Below, piece after piece: positions 13,101-28,800 of a stretch of 64,000 nt of DNA. Source of the DNA: Paramecium tetraurelia (lineage: Eukaryota); NCBI GenBank assembly GCA_000165425.1, contig CT868307.1, positions 186,001 to 250,000 of the forward strand, read 5' to 3'. Position 1 is the stretch's first letter; every line of letters starts with the position of its first letter. The position numbers and the translations under genes are program-made. The notes beneath the pieces are model-generated. The model made no database searches, was not told the origin of the DNA, and worked only from the letters and a program-made list of their open reading frames with translations.

Positions 13101-16100
13101 TTAAGCCATTATCAATAACAAACAATTAATTAGTCTTCATTACTCCTAAAAAAGTAAATGGAGGAACTGGAAGTATTTCCCTTTCGTTTAATACAAAAAC
13201 AGCAACAAGCACATTGACCTATGATGATTCATTAAGGATTCAAGTTACTGGTTTAGAGTTTAACTCAAAATCACCAGTATTCAGAGGTGAAATGAAAATC
13301 ACAGGAGTTAATTTTGGAACAGTTAAAGAGGATATTAAAGTTACATTGGTAGGAAATAAATCCTATAATGCTAAGGTATTATCAGTCACTGATTCCTAAA
13401 TTACAGTTTATTTGAGAGGAGGAATGCCTGGTAATTATAGAGTTATTGTTACAAAAAAGAATTTTGGTGATTCCTATTCAAATAACGATGATAATTTATT
13501 TAAATACATAATCCCAATTAATAGTGTGACTTTAGAAGATGGAACTAGTTAGGCAAAAGGATCAGAAGCAGGAGGAACTGTTATTAAGATTACTGGATCA
13601 CATTTTGTAAAAGGAGAAACTCTTGTGTATATTGGTAGAGCTGTGAATTGGTTATGTGAAATAGATGAAACTAGGTTTACCAGTGAAACCATATATTGTA
13701 CTGTTCCAGCAAAATACGAATTGTATACTGAAGAACCTCAATTAGTACTTGTAACTTTACAAATAACACTTGAATCAACTTGTTTCGATAGTATCAATAA
13801 TTGTTTATTTACTTATGAAAATTAATTGACTCCAAAACTTGAAGCATATCCTGAATCTGTTACTTAATACTCAGGGTCAAGAATATTAACAGAAGAGGAT
13901 CATTCAAAACCAGATTATTATAAGCTGATATAAAGGAAGAGATTCTTATGGACAGATGAATCAAAAAAACATGGTCACAATCACATTTTGAATGTTGGCA
14001 AATCTTCAAGGAGAGATATGCTCACATCTACAGATTTGGTTTTGACTCAGTAAAAAACATATAAACCAGGGGATCTAGAAACATTATCAGGAATTGGATT
14101 AACATCAAGTGTCTCAGTTGTATTCAAAGGTCCTGTGACATAGACAGTGGCTGCCACTGTAGATGATAATACTATCACTTATACAATTCCAAATCTACCA
14201 TAAGGATACTATTCTACTTACATATTAACTTAAACTGGTTATGCTGATAAGATATGGGTTAGTATAATTGAATTAAGCGTTACAAGTATTGACAATGCTG
14301 CAATTGGAGGATAGATATTAACAATAAATGGTGCAGGATTTAATGCTAATTAAAATCCAATTGTTAAAGTTGGATCTACCACATGCACTGAGTTGTAAGT
14401 AATCTCCAGTGTATAAATTAAATGCAGAATGGCAAGATAATCAGGAACTTCAGCAGTAGTCACTCTAACTTAATCACCTTCTGAGAGTAATTCTGCTACT
14501 CCTTATACAGTTGAATATACAATAGCCATTTATCCAACTTCAAGTTCCCCTCTTATCACATCTATTAGTGGTGTTACCTATGATAGTACTTAGAAGGCTA
14601 ACAAAATGACAACAGGGGATGTTATTTTAGTATTCACAGGTAGTAATCTATCTGGTACTAATATTCTGGCAACATTGGAACACATGAATCGTAAGATTAT
14701 TGGCACAGTTTCAGCATTGTCTGATACATCAGTAACAGCAACATTTACAAGTGTACCAATAGGAGTTTATTCAATACAATTACTATTGGATAATAAGTAT
14801 GCCTATCATAATGATGCTAATAAATAGAAATTAATTATTAGTGCATCTCAACCAACCTCAAATAATCCTATAGTATCTTATGCAGGTGGTGCCACAATCA
14901 CATTCACTGGCACTGGATTTGATACTTAAACAGAATTCAGCTCTGTTTAAGTATGTGGATTCAATTGTCCTATTACTAGTTCATCATACACAAGTCTCTC
15001 TTGCGAAGCCCCTAAATTGTTGACAACTTCAGTGTTACAACAATATACGGCACTCCAGGAACCTCCTAGATATATTAAACTATCTGAAGTTCAATTATTA
15101 GCTGACACAATCCCCTTAGCATAGACATTCTTTGATCTGCAATAATCAACCTATTATGTTTCGAGTGCTGCTTCTAATTGCTTCTTGTAAGTTGACTTTG
15201 GTTCAAGTAGAAACTTGAAATTGAATCAATTGAGATATTTACCTAGAATTGATGTAGAAGCCATTTATTTGAAAGGAGCTGTTTTTTAATATACTTTAGA
15301 TGGTTCGATTTGGGTGGATTTCTTAACAATCGATTAATCAGTTCATACTGGGTGGAATATCTATGTTCCTTCAGGTGATATTTCTGGAATTAAGGCTATT
15401 AGACTATTTGATTCAAGAGGAACTACAGGTTCATAATGTTAATTGGCTGAAATTGAAATCAAAGGATGGGTACTATCAAACAGTAAAAATGCCTATTCGG
15501 TCCCAACTCCTTGTAATGCAGATCTCCAAGTAAATGGATAATCGATAGGTACAATACTCAATGCTGTCAGTTATTCATCAAGTAGTGTTCCCATGGTTAA
15601 CACAGTAAGTCCAAAGACAGGTAGTTTTACAGAATAGGCTATCATTACTATAACTGGAACAGGATTTGTAAATGGATAAACATAAGTTGCAATTGATGGA
15701 GTGAGTTGTGTTATTCAAAGTGTAACCTAAACTGAAATCATATGTAAGACAGGTGTGAAAGATTTAGAATAAACTTAATTGAATGGAGTATTTTAAGTGA
15801 GAGTTAATGGAAATCTAGCAGTGAACAATTAATAATTCATGTATGCTACTAAGTGGTCAGATATTAATACTTGGGGAGGATATGAGTATCCAGGTGATGG
15901 AGATTCAGTTATTGTCAATGCAGGATAAACATTAATTGTTGATGTTAAAACACCTAAATTGATGTAGTTGTTAGTGGAAGGCACATTAACATTTTCAGAT
16001 GAACTTGATACTTCGATTGATGCTCATTACATTGTTATTAGAGAGGGTAAATTCAATATTGGAACTGAACTGATAGCCCATTAACATAAAGTCTAAATCA

Positions 16101-19100
16101 CTTTGTATGGTGATGAATAAGATGTCTAAATGCCTGAGATGGGTAATAAAGTGCTAGGATGTCATTAATGCCAATTAATCATACATGGAAAAGAAAGAAC
16201 ACCAACTTGGACATTATTATCTAGTACAGCATTAGCTGGAGCTACATAAATTACAGTAGATGATCCAGTAGATTGGTAAATTGGAGAATAGATAGTGATA
16301 ACTTCAAGTGAAGTCTAACATTTGTAAAGTGAAAAAAGGTATATAGTATCTGTGAGTGACGATAAAAAGACTTTGCATCTCGATTATCCTCTTCTGTACA
16401 AACATTATTCAGCAATTGAGACTTATGGAGATGAACAATTCCCCATGAAAGTTGAAGTGGGATTGTTGACTAGAAATATTGTTATACAAGGAGAACAATC
16501 AAGTGTGAAATATGGGTATCATTTGATGATTCATGGAAGAGCTGAAAAAGGTGCTGTAGGCAAAATTTCATATGCAGAATTCAGATATGGTGGATAGCCT
16601 AAAATTATTGGTAGATATCCAGTTCATTTTCATTTGAATGGTGAAATAGATAACTCTTATGTTGTTGGTAATTCAATTCATGATTGCTACGCTCGTTGTG
16701 TGACTATTCATGGTGTACATTACTTGAAGGTTTAGAAGAATGTATGCTATAATACCTTTGGACACGCTATTTTCCTAGAAGATGGTATTGAGACAAATAA
16801 TGTAATTGAAGACAATCTTGTTGCAGGCACTAAATAAAGTTGGATAATGTTGCAAACAGATATTACTGTCTCTACTTTTTGGGTGACAAATCCATAAAAC
16901 ATACTAAGAAGAAATAGATCAGGAGGATCTGAATGGTACGGGTTTTGGTATGAAATCAAAACTAATCCAGATGGACCTTCAGCTACTTCAGACATTTGTC
17001 CACCTGGTCTAAGCATGCTTGAGTTTAAAGATAATTGGTCACACTCTAATGGCAGATTTGGTCTTCGTATTTTCTAAATGGCTCCCAGGTAGTATCCTTG
17101 TATGGATTTGGCAAATTGGGCCAATGATTAACCCTACATTGATAATCCCAGCATTCAATCCGTTTTTGAAACGTTCCGCACATGGAAGAATAATGAATGT
17201 GGAATTCTGGGCGAAGAATTAGGGAATATTTACTTCAAAGATATCATGATTGCAGAATCCAAATTTGCAGGTTTCTAATCCCATAGAACTAATCATTCTG
17301 ATGAAGGAGCTGTTTTAGATAATGCTTTGATTGTTGGAAAATCAATAAACAATGCATATTCAGATGCGTACTATGAAGGATCCAGAGCCTTGGTTGTACC
17401 AAGAACAAATGGATTCTTGGCTAAAAATATCAGAATGTACAATTTTGGAAGCAATACTGCTTTGATCGAGTCTTGTTCGATGTGTTGGCATGATTTCGTT
17501 TGGGTTCAAGGTGGTAAGAATACTCATTTCTTTAACGTAAAAGCATACAATTCAAATTCAGCTAAGAGAATATATTGGTAGAGACATAGAAGAGAAATAT
17601 TCTGGGATATAGATGGCTCAATCACAAATGTAGATGGAGGTGCATACATTATTCCGTATAAGAAACATATTGATGGGATTCCAGGATGTGTTACTCATCC
17701 AGAAGAATATTGGGATAATTCTATCATCTGCGCAATGAATTAAGTTACAATAAGGGATGTATTAATTAATAATCCAACTCCAGAATAAGACTTCAGTGGA
17801 GTGGATCTAAAAATCTATAGACTTGATGATTCTAATATTGAAACTAAAATGGACTAATCTATAGATGAAGCCAAATATATAGAGGCTGAAACTATGATGG
17901 TCATTAAATCAGGTAGTAAGGATGTTCCTAAATCATTTGTTAGTATCTTTGCTACTGGATTCACATACAATGTTCATTTTAAGCTTGGAGCTAGTGATCC
18001 TTTGAGTATGGGTATCTTTGCATCACCTTACTTTAAGGAGGCAGATAATGCTGTGGTGTTAAGGTTTAATTATTCTACAAATAGAGAGACTTTCGATATT
18101 ATGAGACATATTGAAAAATAATTCCCTTTAAATTACACTAAATTAAATTAGAAACCTAATACTCATGTGTGTAATCAAGGTGATTGGTATAATGATAAAA
18201 CAAATAAATTATTCTTCATATGCTTATCTGGTAAAAACAAGAAAAAATATGAGTATGTTGAAGTAAGGGGAGTGATATGCAGAGATGAATGCAGTTCATT
18301 AGGAGATGTAAAATAAGAGGATGGGTATAGATATTGGAGTGATCCCAATACTTGGATTGACAATAAAGTTCCAGTCGAAGGTGATAATCCAATAGTATAA
18401 GCAGCATATTAAGTTATTTTGGATGTTGATACACCAAAGTTGGCTAATTTAACAATTTTAGGAACTCTGATTTTTGATGAAAGAAGAGCATCGACTAAGT
18501 TGGAGGCGGAGAGAATATGGGTAAGATCAGGTAAGCTATTGGCAGGTAATTCCACTCATCCATTTCCTGGTAAAATTAATATCATTTTGAATGGGGAGTT
18601 TGGTGATAATCCATTAATTATTGATTCAAAATTGGATGTCGGAAACAAAGTATTGGCTGTTACAAAAGCCTTGGAATTATATTCGACACCTCCAAGAACA
18701 GTTTGGACTAGACTAGCTGTTTATGCTGATGCTGGAACTACTGAGATTCAAGTTATAGAATGCAGTGATTGGGCAATAGGAGATGAAATTATATTTGGTC
18801 CATCAGGAACTAATCCAGATTAGAGAGAGAAGAGAAAGATTCAGTCTATTTAAGGATGTGTCATCAAATTGGATTAAGCACTTGAGTTTGATCATTATGG
18901 AGCTCCTTAAGTGACTCTGGATAAGGGAGATGTTGGTTAATTAGATATGAGAGCTGTAGTAGGTCATTTGACTAGAAAGATTAAGATTGAAGGAGGACCT
19001 AGTGTACACGGTTTAGGATGTAGAGTTTTGATTTACTAATTTGAGGAACCAGAAGCAAATTTAGGATACCCAAGGAGAGGTTACACCGTATTACATGGAG

Positions 19101-21327
19101 TTGAATTTAATAATTGTGGTTAATTTGATACTTAAAGAAGTGGACTGGATTTTAGGAACCTTAAAAGTTAAATCATTAAGACTCCAAGTGAAGTTATTGG
19201 GTGTTCATTCCATGATACCACAGGTATGTTGATGACAATACAGGACTCATAATATATTACAATCAAGAATAATATATTCTTTAATGGAATTAAAGCTTTG
19301 GTTTAGATTAATAACAGTCAATATGTGAAGTTTTAAGGGAATGCTATGGTTTATGTGAAGAAAAGGATGGTTTAGGAGTTTGAAGGAGGTATTGCAAATT
19401 GGGCTGTATTTGGAAATTTCATCTATATGGATGAATATATACCAACTCGAATGACAAGGGATATCCTTGATATATCTGGTAATGTAGGATAAGGGTCACA
19501 AGACACAGGATTCTTTGTTATGGGTCATAAATGTAGTGATGCTTAAATATCTTCATTCTATAATAATCACTGTTCTGGAACTGTGTTGGTTTGTTTTGCA
19601 GTCAGATAGGTGTCTAGCAAATGTACATATATGTCAGGTCTTTATGCTCATCATAGTGAAGGAGGAATAATGTTAGCGGTTTAAACTGAATAAGTATAAC
19701 TGGAAAATACCATAGTTGCTGAAAATAATAGAAGCATTGTATTAAAATTGGGTTCATGGAACTATTATGATAATACCATTAAGCTTAATAAACTCTTCAT
19801 CTCTGCTTTAGTTAGACCTGATTGTGTTAAATGCTATTCGAGTTCTCTTAGTCCTCATTGCAAAGATTCCTTCGGTATTTAAATGGGTACTGTCTCCACT
19901 ACAGCCTTCCCTCCAATTAATAGTCCCATTTCTTCAGAATTCGATATTATTTGTACATCCTAAAAGATTGATCTTAAAGTTTATTTAACAAATGTGGAAT
20001 TCCACAATTTTAGACTCACTTATGACAACTTACCCTAATGTGGTGAAAATGCAGCCTTCAGATAACATAAAGGAGCACATGACATGTCAGGATAACATTA
20101 CCTAGTTAATTCTCCATGTACAAATTGCTAGTTTGAAGCCCTTTTATACAAGTCATTAGGATTTGAAGTGAGAAAATTAGGATGGTTTGGAGGTTGTGGT
20201 TCATTTGGTTGTTCAGGATTAACCAATTACTTGATTGAGGATTAAACTGGACATTTCTTTGGATCAATCGGTCAAGGCATTGGAAATAATACTTATTTTG
20301 GACCCAATGTTACATATTGTACTAGATAAGAGTCATGGAACGGATATTGGTGTCCTGGTAGAAAGATTACAACCTTGGGCTTTATGAGCACTGCTCCTGA
20401 CTACAAGAAGAGATTGTATTCACCAATTAAATTAACTGACGGAGAATTCTTTAATGAAATGAATAGTTAAATGGAGTGGGCTTGGCTGGGATCAGAACCT
20501 TTGAATTTAAGAGAATCTAAATTCGTTGCTCTTATAGCTACAAACACCATAATCAACATGACCAATGCAGGAACCAATCCGACTTCATCAGAGTATTAAA
20601 TGTCTAAAAGAAGAGAAGATGGTAGTCCAGAAGATTTTGTTATTTTAATGTGGCAATTCTAAGTGCCCTAATTTATTTAAGTTTTTGTTGATAACAAAGT
20701 CATTCAACCTGGATTAACAACTCATTCTAAGCATCATGATCTATTGAAAATGACTGATCAATGTGGTGCTAATAATTATTTCTATGAAAATAGAACCATC
20801 CATTTTGTTGTAAACGGATAATTAGGCTGTAGAGTTAAAATTGCACTTAAAAACACCCTCTAAATATCCACTAGGTTAGAATTGTCTACTGAAGAATTCT
20901 ATGGTGATAAGTTCTTATAATATGCTAGAGCATAATTAGGAGGAGACCCTTATAACTACTTTATCATAGGTATAAAGAAATAAACCAGAAGATTCTTGGA
21001 ACAAAGTGTTAGCTATTAAGTCTCAGTTGAATGGGGTATTGTTGATAGTGCAGAAATCGGATCAGAATAATCATCCAATTCTAAGACAACCTTAGAAGAA
21101 TTTGCTAGTAAATTAGAGTTTTTGAATCCACCCCCTGAAATTGGTAAGATTCTGGAATTGAGTTCATCCTTATCGGTTATTGATAAATTGAATTTCCCAT
21201 CTACTGAGCCAACTTCAGGTATAATTATATATATATTAATTTAGCTTCTCCATAAGGATCTAATACAAACAATTAAAGTAATGGAAATACTAATTCAGGT
21301 TAAGATTAATCATCAGGAAATAGCAAC

Positions 21328-21389
<62 letters not shown>

Positions 21390-21702
21390 TAACAATTAAA
21401 ATGATACTGATATATTATTTACAACAGATGAGTTAGTTAATTAAGGAGATTCTAAGGATGATTCTAATTAAGAAGATATTGGAACAGTTACAAAATCTTT
21501 TAGCAAAGGAGATCCTTAATCTAATACAGTCATTATTGTTGTTTCTGTTATTTGTTCTGTAGTAGGCATCTCGCTTTTGATTGCTGGTTTGTTATATTAT
21601 AAAAAAGTTAAATTGGCCAAACTAATTGCTTCAAGAAATTAAAGAGTTGATAATGAATTTTTCAAAATCAATCTCACAGAACAATAATTGCAAGCATAAT
21701 GA
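10194..21702 (+). CDS. Fibrocystin-L / PKHD1L1-like giant type I membrane protein (IPT/TIG repeats, PA14, discoidin-like, two G8 domains, beta-helix repeats, TM)
   Basis: Signal peptide MIVRLMISLLLLLMQTLVEA; TIG motifs (GSLLGGTTLYM, GSPDGGTTITIAGTGF, GSEAGGTVIKITGSHF); PA14-like GFLKAPFTANYKFYISSDN; F5/8C-like LQVDFG..RYLPR..CQLAEIEIKG; G8 regions at ~15850 and ~18330; GRYPVHFHLNG; TM VIIVVSVICSVVGISLLIAGLLYY; 3 small introns seen; roughly 3800 aa. Confidence 0.9.
21325..21396 (+). repeat. (AAT)n microsatellite encoding 24 consecutive Asn in the juxtamembrane stalk of the PKHD1L1-like protein
   Basis: AAC + 19x AAT + AAC AAT AAC AAT, in frame. Confidence 0.9.
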
Positions 21703-21909
21703 TTCATTATTAAATAAATTATAATAGTAATTTTAATATATATAATTCTATTATACAGAGTTTAGTTTACTATATTTATTTAGAATACTAGTATGTATTT
21801 AAGATAAGAATAAGTTTGGAATTCTTAAATAAAAAAGTTCATATAAATAGTGGATAATTTAATAATAATAAATTTACTATTAAAAATAAAATTGCAATAA
21901 AATAAAATA

Positions 21910-22629
21910 ATGTTAAATACAAGCTCAATGAATTTAGGAGACACAAGCAAAGTATACAAGCAAAGCAATCAACTTGGAATTTTGTCTACAGCCATAAGCA
22001 AAATAGGAAATTCAGATCACTCATTTCAAAAGGGAGTTAAGGCAGCGAATACTACAAATGTATCTCCTGTAAGGATGCGATTGTTTAGAGAATCCCCAGA
22101 AAGAAAATAAAGAGGCCTAGATGGATTGGTTGTCGGAGAGTTTCAGTAATTAAATAGTTTTATTGTAATAGTCCTCGTAAATAAACTTAAGTGGTGTATA
22201 GTAGCATTCATTAGAGTTCATCTCCAATGATTCATAAACCTCAATAGAAGCAATCATTTTAAGATTCACCTACAAGAGCTAAATAGAAGATAGATAGATT
22301 TAAGAACTGGGACTCCAAACTGGACATTGAATTATAATTACAAAACACTGGAATTACTAGAATGGGAAATGATATAGTCTATCAATCTGGTCCATAACTT
22401 AATTATACTAAATCAATATAATTAAATGAGAGATTAAATCGAAACAACCCTTCAATTACACAATCAGATATTGTATAGCTAACAGCTAAACTAAATGCAA
22501 TTCCAAGGACAGAATTAACTAACTTTACAAGAGGGTATTACAATATAACTATAATTTAGTCACGCTCATGAATTATCCACACTTTAATAATCATTGCAAA
22601 GGATATTGAAATCAAGCAAAGGCTATTGA
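21910..22629 (+). CDS. Hypothetical protein
   Basis: MLNTSSMNLGDTSKVYKQ... continues through TAA=Gln and 2 small introns to ...LQRILKSSKGY, TGA at 22627-22629. Confidence 0.7.
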
Positions 22630-22759
22630 GGATGTCTGATAATTTTTATATTAATAAATTTATTGCTTAAAATTAAATTAAATAATAAGAATGAACAGAA
22701 TTAATAAATACTATATGATAATGGTGTTTATATTTGATATTAATTTAAGACTCTAACTA

Positions 22760-23854
<1,095 letters not shown>

Positions 23855-24504
23855 TGTTGGTATTTTGATAAAATTTCAAATTAATATTATAGTGTTTAGA
23901 ATTCAATTTCGTTAATATATATACAAATGTAATCGCTATTAATAAATCAATGTTATCCAACTCAATTGAAATACTACTATAAATTATTTAAACTCTAAAG
24001 AAGCTATTCTATTCTATGATAGATAAAATGAACAGTATCTTTGAAAATCATCTGAGATTAAAAAAAATTGAATCTGAAATCTTCACAAAAAAATGGCTTA
24101 ATTTATATTTGTAATAATGATTTGAATCCTTTTGACCTATTTAATTTAAAATTAGAATATTTTATACAATCAAATTTTTCATAATCTTCTATTAGATATT
24201 ACTATATTCCATTTGAGTATTCCAAATATTGTTAAACATGTCTATCATATTAATATAACCTCTAGGCTGTTAATTCAAGATTCCTGAATAGTTCTGATCT
24301 AATTTAGAGTTGATAAAAGATATTAGATATGATTAGGACTGTGAAATATTTAAATTTTCATTAGTTACAGGTAATTTAGTTTAATGACTAAGGATAAGAT
24401 AAAAATAGAGAAGTGAATTAAATTGGCTAGTTAATTAGAGATGCAAATGAATTGGGTAATTAATAAAGAAGTGAAATTTTGTTATTTAATGAGTTAATTC
24501 GATC

Positions 24505-24511
24505 CGTTTTT
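24505..24511 (+). promoter_or_regulatory. CGTTTTT element 18 nt upstream of the T4-like TMP ATG
   Basis: Same heptamer at a similar distance upstream of all three TMP genes. Confidence 0.55.
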
Positions 24512-24529
24512 AATTCAATATTAATTTAC

Positions 24530-25715
24530 ATGTAAAAATTAGCCATCTTGGCATTAGTTCTTGCTATCACAGCTGCTAAGTTTGTTGATATTCATACTAG
24601 CTTGGCTTAAATTAATACTGATCCATTTGGACATGTCGTATTGTCAGCTATTAAGGCTCACCTTCTTGCTTAAACTCCAGCCAATGAAGTTAACATGTTA
24701 TTAAATGGTGTTGGTGCTGGTATTGTTCAAGACTAAAACGATCATGATCATGCATTTGAACTTGATACAACTACAAACAATAGAGTAATGATTTGTGTAA
24801 TATTCAGATTGTTGAAGATTTAGAGAAAGAGATCTTATATCATCAAAATCAAATTGCCTCCAACACCTAATTGAGAGACGATACTATTGAAGCATTGGCA
24901 GTCTCAGAAGAAGACATCAGAGTTACTATTGCAGATATTGCTAACAACGAAGCTACCTATGCTAGAGAAGAAGCCACAAGAAATTAATAACATGAAACCT
25001 TTGTTGCTAAAGTCGCTGCCATTGATGATGTTATTGATGCTATTGATGATGCTGCTAAATTGATCTAACATTTAAGTCTTGGAGCCTCATTTGCCTAATT
25101 AAAGAGCAAATACGACACTCTTCACAAGAAGCTTTCAGATAACACTAGTCACAGTGCTTTATTACAAGTATTTAAATAGTGAATACATCTATAGCCAGTC
25201 ATCACTGCTCTTACAGAACTTGCTACTCACGGAGTCAACCAAAAGGCTTTGACTAAGATTGCTTAACTTTTGAGTGAAATTAGACAATAATTAGTCAGCG
25301 AGAAAGCAGCCAAGACTGTATATATTAATTCTTAATAATTAAGGATGTTGAAGATAGATAAGCTGCACATTGGGCTGAATTCTCTGTCCATTTGGCTAAT
25401 GAACACACCAGATTAGTTGAAAGAAAGGCTTAATTGGAAGTCCAAATCTAAGAATAAAAAGATACAATTGAAGATGCCTAATCATGGATCGAATTCCACA
25501 CCTTGGAATTAGAAAACAGTGAAGAAAGACTTGCCGGACAAGAAGCATGGTATGCTGTTTAATCCCAAATCTATGAAACATAAACTGCTGAAAGGTATGA
25601 TATTTTATAATAATAATCTTATAGAGAAGCCCAATAAGAAATAGTTGACAGACTCTAAGAACACATTAGTGAAAAATTGTCAACCACCGCACAATTCATT
25701 GCCAGCAGAAACTGA
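24530..25715 (+). CDS. Trichocyst matrix protein precursor, T4-related subfamily
   Basis: Signal peptide MQKLAILALVLAITAA; DPFGHVVL..; IVEDLEKEILYHQNQI, IQHLSLGASFAQLKS, LLSEIRQQLV, EHTRLVERKAQLE match the recalled T4 TMP pattern; 4 small introns. Confidence 0.88.
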
Positions 25716-25833
25716 TTTCATTAACCAATAATATCAATTATCATTAACATCCTTCCAAACTAATTATTAAATATTAGCTATTCAATTTTCTTAAATAATT
25801 TTAATTTTTATACTCTAGATATCAATCATTTAT

Positions 25834-28800
25834 ATGCCTTCAACCCTAAAACCCTGGATAAGATAAATATTGTTGATGCTTTCTCACTTCCTTACCTTAG
25901 AATATAACTCATCAAAGTTAATTCATATGCTCATCCTCTTCTATTAAATTATTCAGCCTACTTCTTTCATATTTTATAATGCGCAACCTTAACAGGAACA
26001 ATTAAATCACAGTCTAACCAAAATTACTCTCATTACTAGACTGTATGTATACATTACTGACCCAATAGTCAAATAATCAATATTTTGGATTATGGTTTTT
26101 GTGCAGAATATCATAATTCTAATTGCAGCAATCATGGCATTTACAAATTACTACTCAAATCACACTCAATCTTAAATTGGATAGATAATTGCTACTGTTT
26201 TCTCTACCTTTGTCTATTATGTTTCAATAACATTCTATCCAATCATTTTGGAAATTAGCCTATGTTATTCCTCTAACCTAGTAGAATTTATTGTTGCTAC
26301 ATTACTTATGATTGAAACTCTTAGTATTATGTTTATGGGTGAACTCATATTTAGAAGAGGATTAACACTTAAGTCAACATCGAATTTATATATCAACATT
26401 TCAACATACTCATACATAATAAAAACTTTCAAAATATCTTAAATCCTCCTATTCTATTACCTAAACTCACAAACGCTGTTTCCTCTCACAATCCAATGCA
26501 TCCTAAATATCTTAATCTAAATAAGCTTTGTAACCGAATTATGCAAAATGAAGGTGTATGCTTATCACATCTATTCCAAAGCTGCTCTAATTCTAAGTTC
26601 CATTAGCATAGTATTATCATTTGAAGTCTTATTGACTTAAACTACTATCAGTAACAATTATTGGATATTAGTTTCACTTATTCTAATTAAAATATTATTT
26701 ATCTGTGATAATTATATGCCTAATTCTATTCAAAATTTTGAAATTCATCAATTAAAATATTAATTTGCTTAATTAGAACTAAGCAACCCAGAAACTACAT
26801 CCACTAAATTACGTACATACATCCTTTGCAGAAGTCATTATTAAACCTGTGATAAGAGATCATATTGCATATGTGTATCAAGTAAAGAATACTCAAAAAA
26901 CCATTACTAAACTGTGCTTAAACTAATTGAAACAAGGTTGGAATAAAAGTTTTTTGGAAGAGTTGAAAGTTCTAAAGATTCATTAGCTATTGATTATGCT
27001 CAAACGTTGCTCAAAAATCAATAATTAGTTAAAGTATAATAGCACATTATTAGATGTCTTTCTCTTAATTAGTCCATATATCCACAAAATAGGTAAAGAT
27101 TCTCTGCTATTACCACTTTACTGTTGGAATTTTTAAAAGAATAAGTCCTAAATTAAGTGCTTATTTAAATATCTGAAAATATTGGATCTAATATATAACA
27201 TAATAAAATTATAACAGACTCTTTAAAGTCCTTTGTACTTAATGAAAGCACAGATTAATAAATTATTCAACAAATGAAAAAGATCATAGCTGCTAAAATT
27301 TAATTTTACAATAATTTCTTGGAACATCAAAATCAAAATTATGGAAGTGTTCAATTCGCCATTCAATTCATAAAATAGATCAAATAGTTCAAAGATGTTC
27401 TATAAAGTAGATATGAGTAATTTCCAAGTAACTATCATTATATTATTTAAAGCCATTTCTAATCAAAATTTACTGAAGTACTTTTGTCTGAATATCTTAA
27501 ATGATTACATAGAAGCATTCAACATAAACAAATGTAAAGCTTTCGATGATGATAAATATAACACATTTCAAGGATAAATTTACCATAAAATATTTGGTAT
27601 TAATCCTGCATATTTCATTACTGAACTTACATCTGATTTGGATGTTCTTATAACCAAAAAATCAAGTCAAGCAATCTCTATTTTAGAATCTTTAAAAATA
27701 AATTAATCAAAGGCTCATCAAAATAACGAAATTAACGTTTTCTTGCCAGAATATGTAATAGCCTTTCACCGTCAACTTGTAGAATCTTTTTTAAATAACG
27801 GTAAAAATAAATATTATCAATAATAAAACCTAGCCTTTCTTAAAATACAAGACAAAGTGATGTTACCCATTTAAATTATGGTTAGCATCAATCATACAAC
27901 TACTGACAAATTCTCATTTATTATATTCTTTTATGATAGTCAAGAATACCGATCCTATTTGGCTGTTGATAATTAACTAGAAATTATTAATATAAGTTCA
28001 GATATTTAGGATAGTCTATTTTTTAGTGAAACTAAATAACCTTAAACTTCAATATCAAAAATTATACCAAACTTTTAGCAAATTATTTCCTCCTCCCAAG
28101 ATATTTTCTTAAATTAAGAAATTAAATTATTAAAAGATTATCATAACCAACAAGGATTCTTTTTTTATAATGCAAATGTCAAGATTGAAAAGAAATTTCA
28201 TAATTAATTTTAATGTTATTTAGTTGAATTAGATAATATTAGGCCTATTTCGAGAAAATTAAGAGAGGAAACTTCAACCGTTTATAGAACTTCTACTTCT
28301 CAGTTTCCCTGTTCTACCTAAAAAATATTGAATATTAACAGTGAAGTGGATTATTCATGTGAAAAAATGATTCCGTATTCAGATACGGACAACAGAATCA
28401 ATCCTGAAGGCTCATTGTGTGTATTATAGCAGGATCCTCAAATTATATATAATACAGAAATGAATGCTATGGGTACATAATAGTTGATGGATTATTATAA
28501 AATCTAAAATATGTTTGAGCCATTATCATAAAATAGAATGATACACAGTTCTAGATTTTCTTAGGATGATGATTTAAAAAAATAAATGAATAAAATAGTT
28601 CATGAGGAAGAAATCAATGAAATTGGTTCTACATCTTCAATAACTGCAATAAAAAAATCAAAATATTATAAAAAGTTTGAGATTATCTCTGTTTTGATGA
28701 AATCTGAAAAGCAATCAAAGAAAATAATTTAAATGAATAAATTTATTGCACTCTACATATCAATCATCTTGGTTGGTCTCATTATAGTATAATTAAATTG

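Noticed and set aside
23920..24460. Possible small gene between CK2 and the T4-like TMP gene
   Set aside because: All + strand frames I tried hit TGA and no consistent intron model emerged; may be a decayed remnant.
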